From positions 246,105 to 310,104 of the forward strand of contig JACKDR010000001.1 in the NCBI GenBank assembly GCA_020633495.1: a stretch of 64,000 nucleotides of DNA. Reading direction: 5' to 3'. The first letter of the stretch is position 1; the number at the start of each line of letters is the position of its first letter. A program made the position numbers and the translations under genes. Under the pieces are notes generated by a model. That model was given only the letters and a program-made list of their open reading frames with translations, had not been told where the DNA came from and did no database searches. Positions 8,632 to 18,641 of the stretch are shown piece by piece. This stretch comes from Kofleriaceae bacterium. Its GTDB lineage: Bacteria > Myxococcota_A > Polyangia > Haliangiales > Haliangiaceae.

Positions 8632-10422
8632 TCACGCCGCCGGCGGCCGGCGGTGCATGCGGACCCGGATGCCGACAGGGGACACGGTGAAGGAGAACTT
8701 CTCGTGGACGGCGTCGGCGGCGCCGACCCGGGTGACGTCGAAGGCCTGGTAGACGGTGGCGAGGACGACCCGCATCTCGACCAGGGCCAGGGTCCGGCCC
8801 GGGCAGATCCGCGGCCCCGAGCCGAACGGCATGTGGACCGACGGGGCGTGGGCGCCGGGACCGCGCTCGGCGTCGAGCCAGCGCGCCGGGCGGAACGCGG
8901 CGGCGTCGGCGAAGTTGGCGTCGTCGACGGCGGCGGGGCGGATCAGGCCGGCGACGTTGGTGCCGGCCGGCAGCTCGAGGTCGCCGAGCACGACGTCGTG
9001 GTTGGCCTCGACGAACATCGACGGTGCCACCGGGTGCAGGCGCATCGCCTCCTGGGCGACGCCGGTGATCCGGTGCAGGCGGTTGGCGGTGTCGAGGTCG
9101 GCCGGGACCGCGGCGTCGCCGGCGACCGCGGCGATCTCGGCGCGGACCGCCGCGACCTCGTCGGGCAGGTCGATCAGGTGGTGGACCGCCCACGCCAGCG
9201 TGTTGGCGGTAGTGTCCTCACCGGCGAGCAGCATCGTGACCAGGTTGCCGAAGATGACGTCGTCGTCGAACGGCGCGCCGTCGTCGTCGCGCGCCGCCAG
9301 CATGGCCTCGAGGAAGTTGGCGGGCCGCGCCGCCCGCGCCGGCTCGGCGGCCAGCGCGGCGCGCGCCGCCACCACCAGCTCGCCGAGCCACGCCCGCAGC
9401 GCCGCGACCGCGCGATCGGTGCGACGGTCGGAGGGCATGCGCAGGACCCGCCACCACGGCACCACCGAGTTGAGGCGACGCGCGAAGGTCGGGAAGAACC
9501 GCTCGAGGTGACGCTGGATGACGTCGCGGCCGCCGCCGAGGGTGTCGACGTCGTGGCCGAACACCAGCAGGGTCGTGACGTCGACGGTGAACCGCATGAG
9601 ATCGTCGAGCAGGTCGATCTCGGCGCCGGCGTCGGCGGCGCGCTCCCAGCGGGCGCGCAGGTTGCCGGCGACCCGGTGCAGCGTCGGGTAGAACGTCCGC
9701 AGGTGCTTCTGCGACAGCGCGCCCATCGCCAGCTTGCGCTGCGGCCGCCACGCCTTGCCCTCGGCGGAGAACACGCCGGCGACCCCGAGCTCGGCGAAGA
9801 TCGGCTCGACCCGGCCGTCGCGGCGGAACGCCTCGGGCCGCTCGCGCAGGGTCTGCTCGATCAGCGCGGTGTCGGTGGTCACGACCATGTCGCGGCTGCC
9901 CAGCTTGAGCCGGTACAGCGGGCCGTACTCGCGGGCCCAGGCCTCGAGCTGCAGGTGCAACCGGTCCAGATCGATCTGCAGCGCGTTGCCCAAGAGCGGC
10001 AGGCCGCGCGGCCCGGGCAGATCCGCCAGCCGGCGCCGCGGCGGTGCCGCCTCGACCCGGGCCAGCGCCGACAGATCGGCCCACACCGCGCCGTCGCGCT
10101 CCTCGACCGGGCACGCGCGCAGGCACTGCGGGCCACCGTCGCGCTGCCCGGTGGCGGCGTCGAACCGCCAGCGGTGGTTGCGGCACACCAGCGCGCCGCC
10201 GTCGAGCTCGCCCTCGCCGAGCAGCGCGCCCTGGTGCGGGCACAGGCCCTCGAAGACCCGCAGCGCGCCGCCGGCGCGCACGATCACGACGTCGACGCCG
10301 TCGGCCGCGGCGGCGAACGGCCCGTCACCGGCGACCTCGTCGGTGCTGGCCAGCCGCGACCAGCGCGCGCGGTCGTCATCGGCGGTCGCGGCGGCGGCGG
10401 CGGGGCGCGCGGGCGTGCTCAT
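8632..10422 (-). CDS. Cytochrome P450 fused to an N-terminal Rieske [2Fe-2S] domain
   Basis: True start MSTPARPAAAA at 10422 (cat 10420..10422). The longer listed ORF (to 11541) is an off-frame shadow of the upstream MFS gene. Rieske motifs CPHQG...CRNHRW (CxH...CxxH). P450 part has the ExxR helix K and heme-binding loop FGSGPRICPG. Start overlaps the MFS stop (TGATG). Confidence 0.8.
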   Translation of the reverse strand: MSTPARPAAAAATADDDRARWSRLASTDEVAGDGPFAAAADGVDVVIVRAGGALRVFEGLCPHQGALLGEGELDGGALVCRNHRWRFDAATGQRDGGPQCLRACPVEERDGAVWADLSALARVEAAPPRRRLADLPGPRGLPLLGNALQIDLDRLHLQLEAWAREYGPLYRLKLGSRDMVVTTDTALIEQTLRERPEAFRRDGRVEPIFAELGVAGVFSAEGKAWRPQRKLAMGALSQKHLRTFYPTLHRVAGNLRARWERAADAGAEIDLLDDLMRFTVDVTTLLVFGHDVDTLGGGRDVIQRHLERFFPTFARRLNSVVPWWRVLRMPSDRRTDRAVAALRAWLGELVVAARAALAAEPARAARPANFLEAMLAARDDDGAPFDDDVIFGNLVTMLLAGEDTTANTLAWAVHHLIDLPDEVAAVRAEIAAVAGDAAVPADLDTANRLHRITGVAQEAMRLHPVAPSMFVEANHDVVLGDLELPAGTNVAGLIRPAAVDDANFADAAAFRPARWLDAERGPGAHAPSVHMPFGSGPRICPGRTLALVEMRVVLATVYQAFDVTRVGAADAVHEKFSFTVSPVGIRVRMHRRPPAA

Positions 10423-11663
10423 CACCGCGCATCGTAGCCCGGCGCGGGCAGCCAGGCGACGAGCGCCAGCGCCGGCACCGCGACCGCGGCGGTGGCCGCC
10501 CAGAACGCGGGCCAGCCGGCGGCGGCGACCAGCGCGGCGCCGGCGAAGCCGAGGACCCGGGCCAGCAGCGACGACAGGCTGGTCAGGAGCGCGTACTGGG
10601 TGGCGCTGAACGCGCGGTCGCACAGCGACATCAGGTAGGCGACGAACGCGCCGGTGCCCATCGCCGAGGCCAGGTTGTCGATCACGACCGCGGCGCCGAG
10701 CACCGGCAGCGACCGGCCGGTGACCGCCAGCGCCAGGTAGCACAGGTTGGTCGACGCCTGGGCGACGCCGAAGACGATCAGGCAGCGGCGCGCGCCCCAC
10801 CGCGCCACCAGCGCGCCGGCGGTCAGGCCGCCGACCACCGTGCCGGCGAAGCCGAGCACCTTGTACAGCGTCGCGATCTCGGTGAACGAGAAGCCGGCGC
10901 CGTCCTTGAGGAACGGGATCACCATCTGGTTGACCATCAGCTCGCCGAACCGGAACAGCGCGACGAAGCCGAGCACGATCGCGATGCGACGGCGCCGCAG
11001 CAGCGCCGCCAGCGGCCGCCACGCCGCCTCGACCAGCGACGCCGGGCGCGCGGCGGCCTCGGCGGGCTCGATCGCGAGCAGCGTGCCGACGACGCCGAGC
11101 CCCATCAGCGCCGCGACGATCAGGTAGATCGTCCGCCACGGCAGGTGATCGGCCAGGACCAGCGCCAGCGTGCCGCTGACCAGCATCGCGGTCCGGTAGC
11201 CGAGGACGTACATCGCGCTGCCGGCGGCGCGCTCCTCGGGGTGCAGCGTGTCGGCGTTGAACGCGTCGATGACGACGTCCTGGCTGGCCGACAGGGTGGC
11301 GACGAGCACCGCGAGCACCGCGAGCGCCGCCGGCTCGGTGCGGGGCTCGACCGTGCCCATCGCCGCGATCGCGGCGGCGAGCGCGAGCTGCAGGACCAGG
11401 ATCCAGCCGCGGCGCCGGCCCAGCAGCGGCAGCCGGTAGCGATCGAGCAGCGGCGCCCACGCCCACTTGAACGTGTACGGCAGCCCGACCAGGCTGAGCG
11501 TGCCGATCGTCGCGAGGTCGACGTGGGCGGCGGTGAGCCACGCGGTCAGGGTCTGGGCGGTGAGCAGCAGCGGCAGCCCCGAGGAGAAGCCGAGCAGCGC
11601 GAGCACCAGGACCCGCCGGGACCGGAAGACGTCGAGCAGACCGATCCGGACCGGCGGTGACAC
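10422..11663 (-). CDS. AmpG-family MFS permease (muropeptide/lysophospholipid transporter-like)
   Basis: ORF 10422..12137. The N-terminal 150 aa are low-complexity shadow. Chosen start is the GTG at 11663 (VSPPVRIGLLDVFRSRRVLVLALLGFSSGLPLLL). Contains the AmpG-like motif GLPYTFKWAWAPLLDRY and 12+ hydrophobic segments. Confidence 0.65.
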   Translation of the reverse strand: MSPPVRIGLLDVFRSRRVLVLALLGFSSGLPLLLTAQTLTAWLTAAHVDLATIGTLSLVGLPYTFKWAWAPLLDRYRLPLLGRRRGWILVLQLALAAAIAAMGTVEPRTEPAALAVLAVLVATLSASQDVVIDAFNADTLHPEERAAGSAMYVLGYRTAMLVSGTLALVLADHLPWRTIYLIVAALMGLGVVGTLLAIEPAEAAARPASLVEAAWRPLAALLRRRRIAIVLGFVALFRFGELMVNQMVIPFLKDGAGFSFTEIATLYKVLGFAGTVVGGLTAGALVARWGARRCLIVFGVAQASTNLCYLALAVTGRSLPVLGAAVVIDNLASAMGTGAFVAYLMSLCDRAFSATQYALLTSLSSLLARVLGFAGAALVAAAGWPAFWAATAAVAVPALALVAWLPAPGYDAR

Positions 11664-11699
11664 GTGCGGCGAGGCTACTGCACGGGGTAGCCTCGGGTC

Positions 11700-12236
11700 A
11701 TGGCCTCGAGCAACGCGTCCACCGTCGCGGCGTACCTGGCGTCGCTGCCGCCCGAGCGGCGCGCGCCGATCCAGGCGGTCCGCCAGCTGATCCGCTCGCA
11801 CCTGCCGCGCGGCTACGAGGAGCGCATGCAGTACGGGATGATCGGCTACGTCGTGCCGCCGGCGCGCAAGCCCGACACCTACAACGGACAGCCCCTGGCG
11901 ATCGTCTCGCTGGCGTCGCAGAAGCGGCACCTGGCCCTGTACCTGATGGGCCTGTACGGCGCGCCCGGTGTCGAGGCCCGGCTGCGCGCCGCGTACCAGG
12001 CCGCCGGCAAGCGCCTCGACCTCGGCAAGTGCTGCCTGCGCTTCCGCTCGCTCGACGACCTCGTGCTCGACGCCGTCGGCGACGTCCTCGGGGCGGTGTC
12101 GGTCGAAGCGTTCATCAAGCGCCACGACGCGGTCCACGGCGGCGCCGCGACCGCGACCCGGCGCACCGCGGCCAAGAAGGCGCCGCGGACCCCGGCCAAG
12201 AAGGCGCCGCGCGCGGTGGCGGCGGCCGCGCGCTGA
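11700..12236 (+). CDS. DUF1801 (YdhG-like) domain protein with Lys/Ala/Pro-rich tail
   Basis: 178 aa. STVAAYLASLPPERRAPIQAVRQLIR...YGMIGYVV is typical of the DUF1801/YdhG family. Tail AKKAPRTPAKKAPRAVAAAAR. Confidence 0.65.
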   Translation: MASSNASTVAAYLASLPPERRAPIQAVRQLIRSHLPRGYEERMQYGMIGYVVPPARKPDTYNGQPLAIVSLASQKRHLALYLMGLYGAPGVEARLRAAYQAAGKRLDLGKCCLRFRSLDDLVLDAVGDVLGAVSVEAFIKRHDAVHGGAATATRRTAAKKAPRTPAKKAPRAVAAAAR

Positions 12237-15200
12237 TCAGCGGCCGCCGGCGGCGCCGGCCGCGGCGAACGCGATCGCCTCGGCCGGGACGTAGGGCGCG
12301 GCCCCGAACCGCGCCGCGGCGGCGAGCACCTCGCGCAGCGTCGCGGCCAGCGCGTCGTCGCGGCGGCCGTCGCGCCACGCCGCCAGCGCGGGGCCACGCG
12401 CCGGTGCCCACGCGTAGCACGTCCCCGGCTCGACCACCGCGGCGAGGCGCTCGGCGTGGTGCGCCAGCAGCGCGTCGTCGCCGGCCTCGACCGCGCCCTC
12501 GACGACGTGACGGTGGAACGTGACGACGTTGAACAGCAGCGTGCCGGTGGCGATGATCCGCTCGGCCTCGGCGATGATCTCGCGCCGCTGCCCGGGATCC
12601 TCGGTCAGCCAGGCCAGCGCGCCCAGCGACATCGGGCCGCAGAACGCCTCGCCGTGGGCGCGCGCGATCGCGACCGCGCGCTCGGCGGCGGCCAGCGCGG
12701 CCGGGCGATCGCCGGCACGCGCCAGCGCCTCGGCCATGACCGCCTCGAGCTCGCCGGCGTAGCGGTGGGCGCCGAGCCGCTCGGCCTCGGCGCGGCCGCG
12801 CCGGGCCTGCTCGACGGCGTCGGCGGGGCGGCCGCGGTAGACCAGCACCAGCGCGCGCTGCATCTCGGTCAGCATCAGCGGGTAGCGCTCGCCCAGCCGC
12901 TCGGCGAGGCGGCTCAGCTCCTCGAAGGTGACGAGGACGTCGCGGTCGGCGTCGTGCCAGAAGTCGAGGAACGCCTGCATCAGGCGGTTAGGGATGGCGT
13001 AGCGCTCGAGGCCGACCTCGCCGCACAGCGCGACGCAGGCGGCGTAGCGGGCGCGGGCGGTCGGCAGCTCGCCGGCGGCGAAGTCGGCGTCGGCGAGGCC
13101 CGACAGGGCGCGGGCCTCGAGCTCGCGATCGCCGGCGCGCCGCGCCTCGGCCAGCGCCCGCTCGTGCTCGCGACGCGACGCCGCCTCCCGGCCGCACGCG
13201 AACAGCAGGCTGCCGCGGTGATAGGCGCACTGCGCCCGCTCGTGCGGCAGATCGAGCGCGGCGGCCAGCGGCTCGGCGACGTCGAGCGCGGCGAACGCGG
13301 GCTCGAAGACCGAGCGCAGGCGGTGGCCGGCGGCGACGCCGATCCACGCGCGGCAGCGGGCAGCGTCGTCGACCGCGGCCTCGACCGCGGCCTGGTAGGC
13401 CTCGACCGCGGCCGCGCCCTGGCCGGTCCGGCGCGCCAGCTCGCCGTGCAGCGACGCCAGCGCGTAGCGATCCGCGGCCGTGGTCGCCAGCTCGCGGCCG
13501 CGCGACGCCAGCGCGATCGCGCGGTCGAGCCGCAGCGCCTCGGCCTCGGCGTGCGCGGCGACGACGAAGGCGGCGGCCGCGGCCGGATCCTCGGCGCGCG
13601 CCAGGTGCTCGGCGCGCAGCACCGGGTCGCGGCCGTCGAACCAGGCGGCGGCGGCGCGGTGCAGCTCGGCGCGGCGGCCGCGGGTCAGCGACGCGTAGAC
13701 GCCGTCGCGGATCAGCGCGTGGTGGAACAGGTAGCCGTCGTCGACCGGCGCCACCAGGTGGCCGGCGACCAGCGCGTCGCAGCCGGCGGCGGGCGCGCCG
13801 AGGATCGCGCGCACCGCGGCCAGCTCGAAGCGCTGGCCGAGCACCGCGGCGGCCTGCAGCAGCCGCCGATCCGCGGCCGGCAGGCGATCGACGCGCGACA
13901 GCACCAGGCTCTGGATCGACGCCGGCACCCCGCCCTGGGTGGCGTCGCGGGCGTGCTCGAGCAGCTGCTCGAGGTACAGCGGGTTGCCGTTGGCGCGCTC
14001 GAGGCAGCCCCGGACCACGCCGTCGAGCTCGCCGAAGACCTCGCCGGCGAGCGCGCGCGCCTCCTCGGTGCGCAGCGGCGCCAGCGCCAGCGTCACCTGC
14101 GGCACGACGACGTCGTCGCCGCGGCCGCGCGCCTGCACCGGGTCGCCCTCGACCCGCGACGTCGACAGCACGACCGCGGCGCAGCCGGCGGCGGCGCGGG
14201 CCAGCGCGTCGAGCCGGCCCAGGGTCGCGGCGTCGGCCCAGTGGACGTCCTCGATCACCAGCAGCGTGGGCCGCCGCGCCGCCGCGGCGTGCAGCGCGGC
14301 GCCGAGCGCCCGCCGCTTGCCGGCCTCGCGGGCGTCGTCGGTCATCGCCTGGTACAGGGCGCGGTGGCGCTCGGCCGGCGCCAGGTCGAGCAGGTCGGCG
14401 AGGCACGGCTCGTCGTCGGGCGCGATCACCCCGGCGGCGACGACGCCGGCGACCGCGGCGGCCCGGGCCGCGACGTCGGCGCCGCCCTCGACGCCGAGCA
14501 GGTCCTCGACCGCGGCGCGCATCGCGCCGTGACCGCGGCCGGCGCCGAAGTCGAGGACCAGCGCGACGTGGCTGGCGAAGCCGAGGCCGTCGGCGCGATC
14601 GCGGACCTCGGCGACCAGCCGGGTCTTGCCGATGCCGGCGTCGCCGCGCAGGTGGACCCAGCCGCCGCGCCCGGCGTCGAGGCAGCCCTCGAGCACCGAG
14701 GTCAGCTGGCGCACCTCGGCGCGCCGGCCGACGAACGCGCGATCGCGCGGCGCCGCCCGCGCCGCGCGCAGGCCGAGCAGCTTGAACACCGGCACCGCGC
14801 CGGCGAGGCCCTTGATCGGGACCTCGCCCACCGCCTCGAACAGCGCGACCGCCTCGGTGGCGCGCCGGACCGCGTCCGACACCATGGTCTCGCCGGCGGT
14901 CGCCTTGTCCTGCAGGCGCGCCGCCAGGTTCACGGCGTCGCCGGTGACCGTGTACTCCTGGTGGTGGCGGCTGCCCAGCTCGCTGGCCACGACCTCGCCG
15001 GTGGCCAGCCCGATGTGGACCCGCAGCGGCACCGGCAGCTCGGCGGCGAGGGCCTCGACGCGGCGGTGGATCTCGACCGCGGCGCGCACCGCGCGCTCGG
15101 GATCGTTGTCGTGGGCGACGGGCGCGCCGAAGATGCCCATGACGTTATCGCCGATGTGCTTGTCGATCGCGCCGCCGTAGGCGAGGACGACGCCGTCGAC

Positions 15201-15509
15201 GGTCTCGAAGAAGCGGGTCAGCAGCGCCTGGACCTCCTCGGGATCCAGCGTCGAGCTCAGCCGGGTGTAGCCGGCGAGGTCGGCGAACAGCGCGGTGACC
15301 GGGCGCCGCTCGCTGGGTCGCGGCGGCGCGGCGACCGGGCGCGCCGTGGCGGCGCCGCCGCCGAGCGCGACGCCGCAGCCGCCGCAGAAGCGCTCGTCGG
15401 GCTGGTTGACGAAGCCGCACGCGACGCACGGCGCGGCCAGCGCGCCGCCGCACCCGGCGCAGAACCGGCGCCCCGCGCGGTTGTCGAGCTGACAGGCCGG
15501 ACACTCCAT
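12237..15509 (-). CDS. Multidomain signal transducer: double zinc ribbon + class III adenylate/guanylate cyclase + AAA/STAND ATPase + TPR-like repeats
   Basis: 1090 aa. N-terminal CPACQ..CAGCG..CVACG..CGGCG zinc ribbons. Cyclase core RPVTALFADLAGYTRLSS...IGDNVMGIFGAP...GLATGEVVA...TVTGDAVNLAARLQD. P-loop GDAGIGKTRL. Long helical repeat C-terminus. Confidence 0.8.
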   Translation of the reverse strand: MECPACQLDNRAGRRFCAGCGGALAAPCVACGFVNQPDERFCGGCGVALGGGAATARPVAAPPRPSERRPVTALFADLAGYTRLSSTLDPEEVQALLTRFFETVDGVVLAYGGAIDKHIGDNVMGIFGAPVAHDNDPERAVRAAVEIHRRVEALAAELPVPLRVHIGLATGEVVASELGSRHHQEYTVTGDAVNLAARLQDKATAGETMVSDAVRRATEAVALFEAVGEVPIKGLAGAVPVFKLLGLRAARAAPRDRAFVGRRAEVRQLTSVLEGCLDAGRGGWVHLRGDAGIGKTRLVAEVRDRADGLGFASHVALVLDFGAGRGHGAMRAAVEDLLGVEGGADVAARAAAVAGVVAAGVIAPDDEPCLADLLDLAPAERHRALYQAMTDDAREAGKRRALGAALHAAAARRPTLLVIEDVHWADAATLGRLDALARAAAGCAAVVLSTSRVEGDPVQARGRGDDVVVPQVTLALAPLRTEEARALAGEVFGELDGVVRGCLERANGNPLYLEQLLEHARDATQGGVPASIQSLVLSRVDRLPAADRRLLQAAAVLGQRFELAAVRAILGAPAAGCDALVAGHLVAPVDDGYLFHHALIRDGVYASLTRGRRAELHRAAAAWFDGRDPVLRAEHLARAEDPAAAAAFVVAAHAEAEALRLDRAIALASRGRELATTAADRYALASLHGELARRTGQGAAAVEAYQAAVEAAVDDAARCRAWIGVAAGHRLRSVFEPAFAALDVAEPLAAALDLPHERAQCAYHRGSLLFACGREAASRREHERALAEARRAGDRELEARALSGLADADFAAGELPTARARYAACVALCGEVGLERYAIPNRLMQAFLDFWHDADRDVLVTFEELSRLAERLGERYPLMLTEMQRALVLVYRGRPADAVEQARRGRAEAERLGAHRYAGELEAVMAEALARAGDRPAALAAAERAVAIARAHGEAFCGPMSLGALAWLTEDPGQRREIIAEAERIIATGTLLFNVVTFHRHVVEGAVEAGDDALLAHHAERLAAVVEPGTCYAWAPARGPALAAWRDGRRDDALAATLREVLAAAARFGAAPYVPAEAIAFAAAGAAGGR

Positions 15510-15533
15510 CCGGCCACCAGTGTATCGCGGCGG

Positions 15534-16568
15534 CTACGCCGACGGCGCGGCGACGGGATCGGCGGCGGCGGCGGCGGCGGCCGGCTGGGGCCGGGCGGCG
15601 GCGGCGGCGAACCGGGCGACGATCGCGCCGGCCGGCTCGACCGCGTGGATGCCGTCGACGCTCTTGCCGGCCTGGAAGTAGTCCTTGTACGACATGCCCT
15701 GCAGCGACGCCCGCTTGAGCTGCCACACCGACTTGAGCGAGTAGTACATGCGCGCGTAGTGCTTGGCCCGCGGGTGCTGCAGCAGCCGCCGCATGATCGG
15801 GTTGGCCTGGGTGCCGACCCGCTGCACGTAGGGCGTCCGGATCACCGACACCGGGACGCCGCTGATCTTGTCGGTGAGGACGATCTGATCGGCGGCGGCG
15901 TCGACGATCGCGCGCTTGTAGTCGTCGTGGGCGCGGCACTCGGTGGTGGCGATGAAGCGGGTGCCGAGCTGGACCCCGGCGTAGCCGAGATCCAGGGCGC
16001 GGACGAAGTCGGCCTCGTCGCCGACGCCGCCCGCGCAGATCAGCGGCACGCCGAGGTCGCCGAGCTCGGTCATCAGCGCCTCGGGCGAGCGCGCGCCGGC
16101 GTGGCCGCCGGCGCGATCGTTGACGCAGATCAGGCCGTCGACGCCGCCGGCCAGGGCCTTGTCGGCGAACCGGCGCTCGGTGACGTCGTGGTAGACGACG
16201 CCGCCGACCGCGTGGACCCGCTCGACCACCCAGCGCGGATCGCCGAGCGCGGTGATGAAGAAGCGGACGCCCTCCTCGAGCGCGACGTCGATCCACCGCC
16301 GCATGCGGTCCATGTAGACCCGCGACGACTGCTCGACGATCGCGTTGAAGCCGATCGGCCTGGCGGTCGCGGCGCGGATCTTGCGCAGGCCCTCGCGCAG
16401 GTCGTGGCCGTGGACGTAGGTCAGCGAGATGGGCTGGACGATGCCGATGCCGCCCGCCTCGGAGACCGCGGCGATCAGCTCGGGGTTCGAGCACGGGTAC
16501 ATCGCGCCGCAGATGAGCGGCACCTCGATCCCGACCTGGGTGGTGAACGGCGTGGCGATCGTCGACAT
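15534..16568 (-). CDS. Nitronate monooxygenase / NAD(P)H-dependent flavin oxidoreductase (NMO, 2-nitropropane dioxygenase family)
   Basis: ORF 15534..16604; start taken at MSTIATPF. TIM-barrel FMN motifs PLICGAMYPCSNPELIAAVSEAGGIG and GGVDGLICVNDRAGGHAG...LICAGGVGD. Confidence 0.8.
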   Translation of the reverse strand: MSTIATPFTTQVGIEVPLICGAMYPCSNPELIAAVSEAGGIGIVQPISLTYVHGHDLREGLRKIRAATARPIGFNAIVEQSSRVYMDRMRRWIDVALEEGVRFFITALGDPRWVVERVHAVGGVVYHDVTERRFADKALAGGVDGLICVNDRAGGHAGARSPEALMTELGDLGVPLICAGGVGDEADFVRALDLGYAGVQLGTRFIATTECRAHDDYKRAIVDAAADQIVLTDKISGVPVSVIRTPYVQRVGTQANPIMRRLLQHPRAKHYARMYYSLKSVWQLKRASLQGMSYKDYFQAGKSVDGIHAVEPAGAIVARFAAAAARPQPAAAAAAADPVAAPSA

Positions 16569-16659
16569 CGCGCCACGATAGACGGTGGCCGCCGCGCGGC
16601 CCAAGCGCGAAATCGCCGAGGACGCTTCACCCGCGACGCGCCGGCGCTATGCTGCGCGG

Positions 16660-17118
16660 ATGACGCCGCCCCGCCTGTCCGGCCACGCCCTGCGCAGCCT
16701 GGCGCGCGCGCTGTGCCACCGCGGCGCGGCGCGGGCGCTGCCGCCCCGGCTGCGCGAGCGCCTGATCCTGCACGTCTCGGCGACCAACCGGTGCCCGGTG
16801 TGCGCGGACGTCCACGTGCCGCGGGCGCGCGCCGCCGGCCTCGACGACGCCGCGATCGGCGCCGCGTGCGCCCGCGACCTCGGCGGCGACGACGACGCGA
16901 CCCGGGCGATGCTGCGCTACGCCGAGGTCCGCACCCTCGACGCCGAGGCCGCCCACCCCGAGGCCGCCGAGGCGCTGGCCCGTCACTTCGACGCCGCCAC
17001 CCGCGCCGGCATCCGCGCCACGATCGACATGTTCACGTTCACCAACCGGTTCAACAACACCTGGGAGGCGATCCTGCCGGGCGCGGCGCGCCGGCGCCGC
17101 CGCTTCGACCCCGCGTGA
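16660..17118 (+). CDS. Carboxymuconolactone decarboxylase (AhpD-like) family protein
   Basis: ORF 16585..17118; ATG at 16660 (MTPPRLSG). CMD/AhpD-like core ILHVSATNRCPVCADVH. Confidence 0.65.
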   Translation: MTPPRLSGHALRSLARALCHRGAARALPPRLRERLILHVSATNRCPVCADVHVPRARAAGLDDAAIGAACARDLGGDDDATRAMLRYAEVRTLDAEAAHPEAAEALARHFDAATRAGIRATIDMFTFTNRFNNTWEAILPGAARRRRRFDPA

Positions 17119-17192
17119 CCACCGCGCGGGCACGTTTTCTCGATCGCTGAGCCCGCTTCTGGGTGATCCTGGGCGGGCTCGCGCCGTACCCG

Positions 17193-18595
17193 ATGAAGCC
17201 GTCGTCTCGCATCCGCCCCGCTCGCCCCGCCCGCGCCCACGTCGCGCGCGGACTCGGCGCCGCCGGCGTCGCGGTGGCCGTGGCCTGGGCCGCGGCCGGC
17301 TGCGTCTTCGATCCGACCGGCGCCGCGCTCGGTGGCGGCGTCGGCGACGGCGGCGTCATCGGCGACGATCAGCCGATCCCCGACGGCGCCGTCGATCCGG
17401 TGTGCGGCTGCGCGCTCGGCTGCGGCGACGACGGCGTGACCTGCCTGGCGTTCGATCCGTCGAACCTCGACGATCTCACCGCGCTCGACGGCGTCACCAC
17501 CGACCTCGTGCTCGCCGGCGGCACCTACCTGCTCGACACCAGCGCGCAGCAGCTGGCCGATCCGGACGGCGTGGTCGTCGACGGCCTGCGGTTCGTGCCG
17601 CTCGACGACGGCGGCCCCGGCCTGCTGGTGCTGGCCGTGGCACGGCTCGAGATCGCCGCCGACGCGACCCTGCGCGCGGTCGGCGATCGGGCGCTGCTGC
17701 TGCTCAGCCGCGACCAGATCACCGTCGCCGGCACGATCGACGTCGCCGGCGGCTGCGAGGTCGACCCCGCGACGCCCGGCCGCGACCGGGTGTGGTGCGG
17801 CGGCCCCGGCGCCGGCGACGGCGGCCACCGCGACGGCGGCAACGGCCGCACCGGCGCCACCGGGTGCGCGCCGGCGGCAGCGGCGACGCTGGCTCGACCA
17901 CGCCCGAGCACGGCGGCGGCGGCGGCGGCTTCGGCACCCCCGGCGGCGACGGCGGCGGCGTCGACGGCATCGGCGGCGACAGCGAGGGCGGCGGCCGCTG
18001 CGGCGCCGACACCCTGGAGCCGCTGCAGGGCGGCTCGGGCGGCGGGGTCGCCGGCTACCGCGCCAACAGCGGCGACGACAACCGCACCGCCGGCGGCGGC
18101 GGCGGCGGCGGGCTGCAGCTGACCTCGACGATCGCGATCGTCGTCACCGGCGTGATCGACGCCTCGGGCGAGGGCGGCGCCGGCACCGCGCAGGCGTCGA
18201 CGTACACCCCGCCCGGCACCGACGGCGGCGGCGGCGGCGGCGCCGGCGGCGGCGTCCTACTCGAGGCGCCCGCGGTGACGCTGACCGACGAGGCCATCGT
18301 CGTCGCCAACGGCGGCGGCGGCGGCGCCGGCGTCACGATCGATCGCCACGGCTCGCGCGGCCTGCGCAGCCACATCCGCGCGCCGGGTGGCCTCAACGAC
18401 GACGGCACCGGCGGCGGCCTCGGCGCGGTCGGCGACGGCGTCGACGAGGGCGCGACCGCCGGCGCGGCGCCCGGCGACGGCGGCTCGGGCGGCGGCGGCG
18501 GCGCCGGCCGCGTCGTCGTGCGCGCGGCGGCGCCCACCCTCGGCGGCGTGGTGTCGCCGGCGGCGACCGCGCGCACGCTCGAGCCGCTGCCCTGA
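17193..18595 (+). CDS. Secreted Gly-rich repeat lipoprotein, reading frame interrupted near 17862-17870 (frameshift or sequencing error)
   Basis: Frame of ORF 17163..18122 is protein-like from MKPSSRIRP...AVAWAAAGC (lipobox) to ...DGGNGRTGATG. From ~17865 the coding signal continues in the frame of ORF 17402..18595 (AGGSGDAGSTTPEHGGGGGGFGTPGGDGGG...ANGGGGGAGVTIDRHG...GGSGGGGGAGRVVVRAAAPTLGGV). The upstream part of that second frame is R-rich junk. Confidence 0.4.
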
Positions 18596-18641
18596 CCGGC
18601 GCGGGATTCCCGATCCCGGCGCCGCCGACTACACTGGCGAG

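Noticed and set aside
8632-11541. 969-aa version of the P450 ORF
   Set aside because: Its N-terminal 370 residues are low-complexity and overlap the AmpG-like permease in another frame. The P450 fusion starts at MSTPARP (10422), overlapping the permease stop.
12456-17150. 1564-aa plus-strand ORF spanning four genes
   Set aside because: Giant stop-free antisense frame across the adenylate cyclase, NMO and CMD genes. Its amino-acid composition (R/G/A/D >60%) and lack of any domain mark it as a non-coding shadow.
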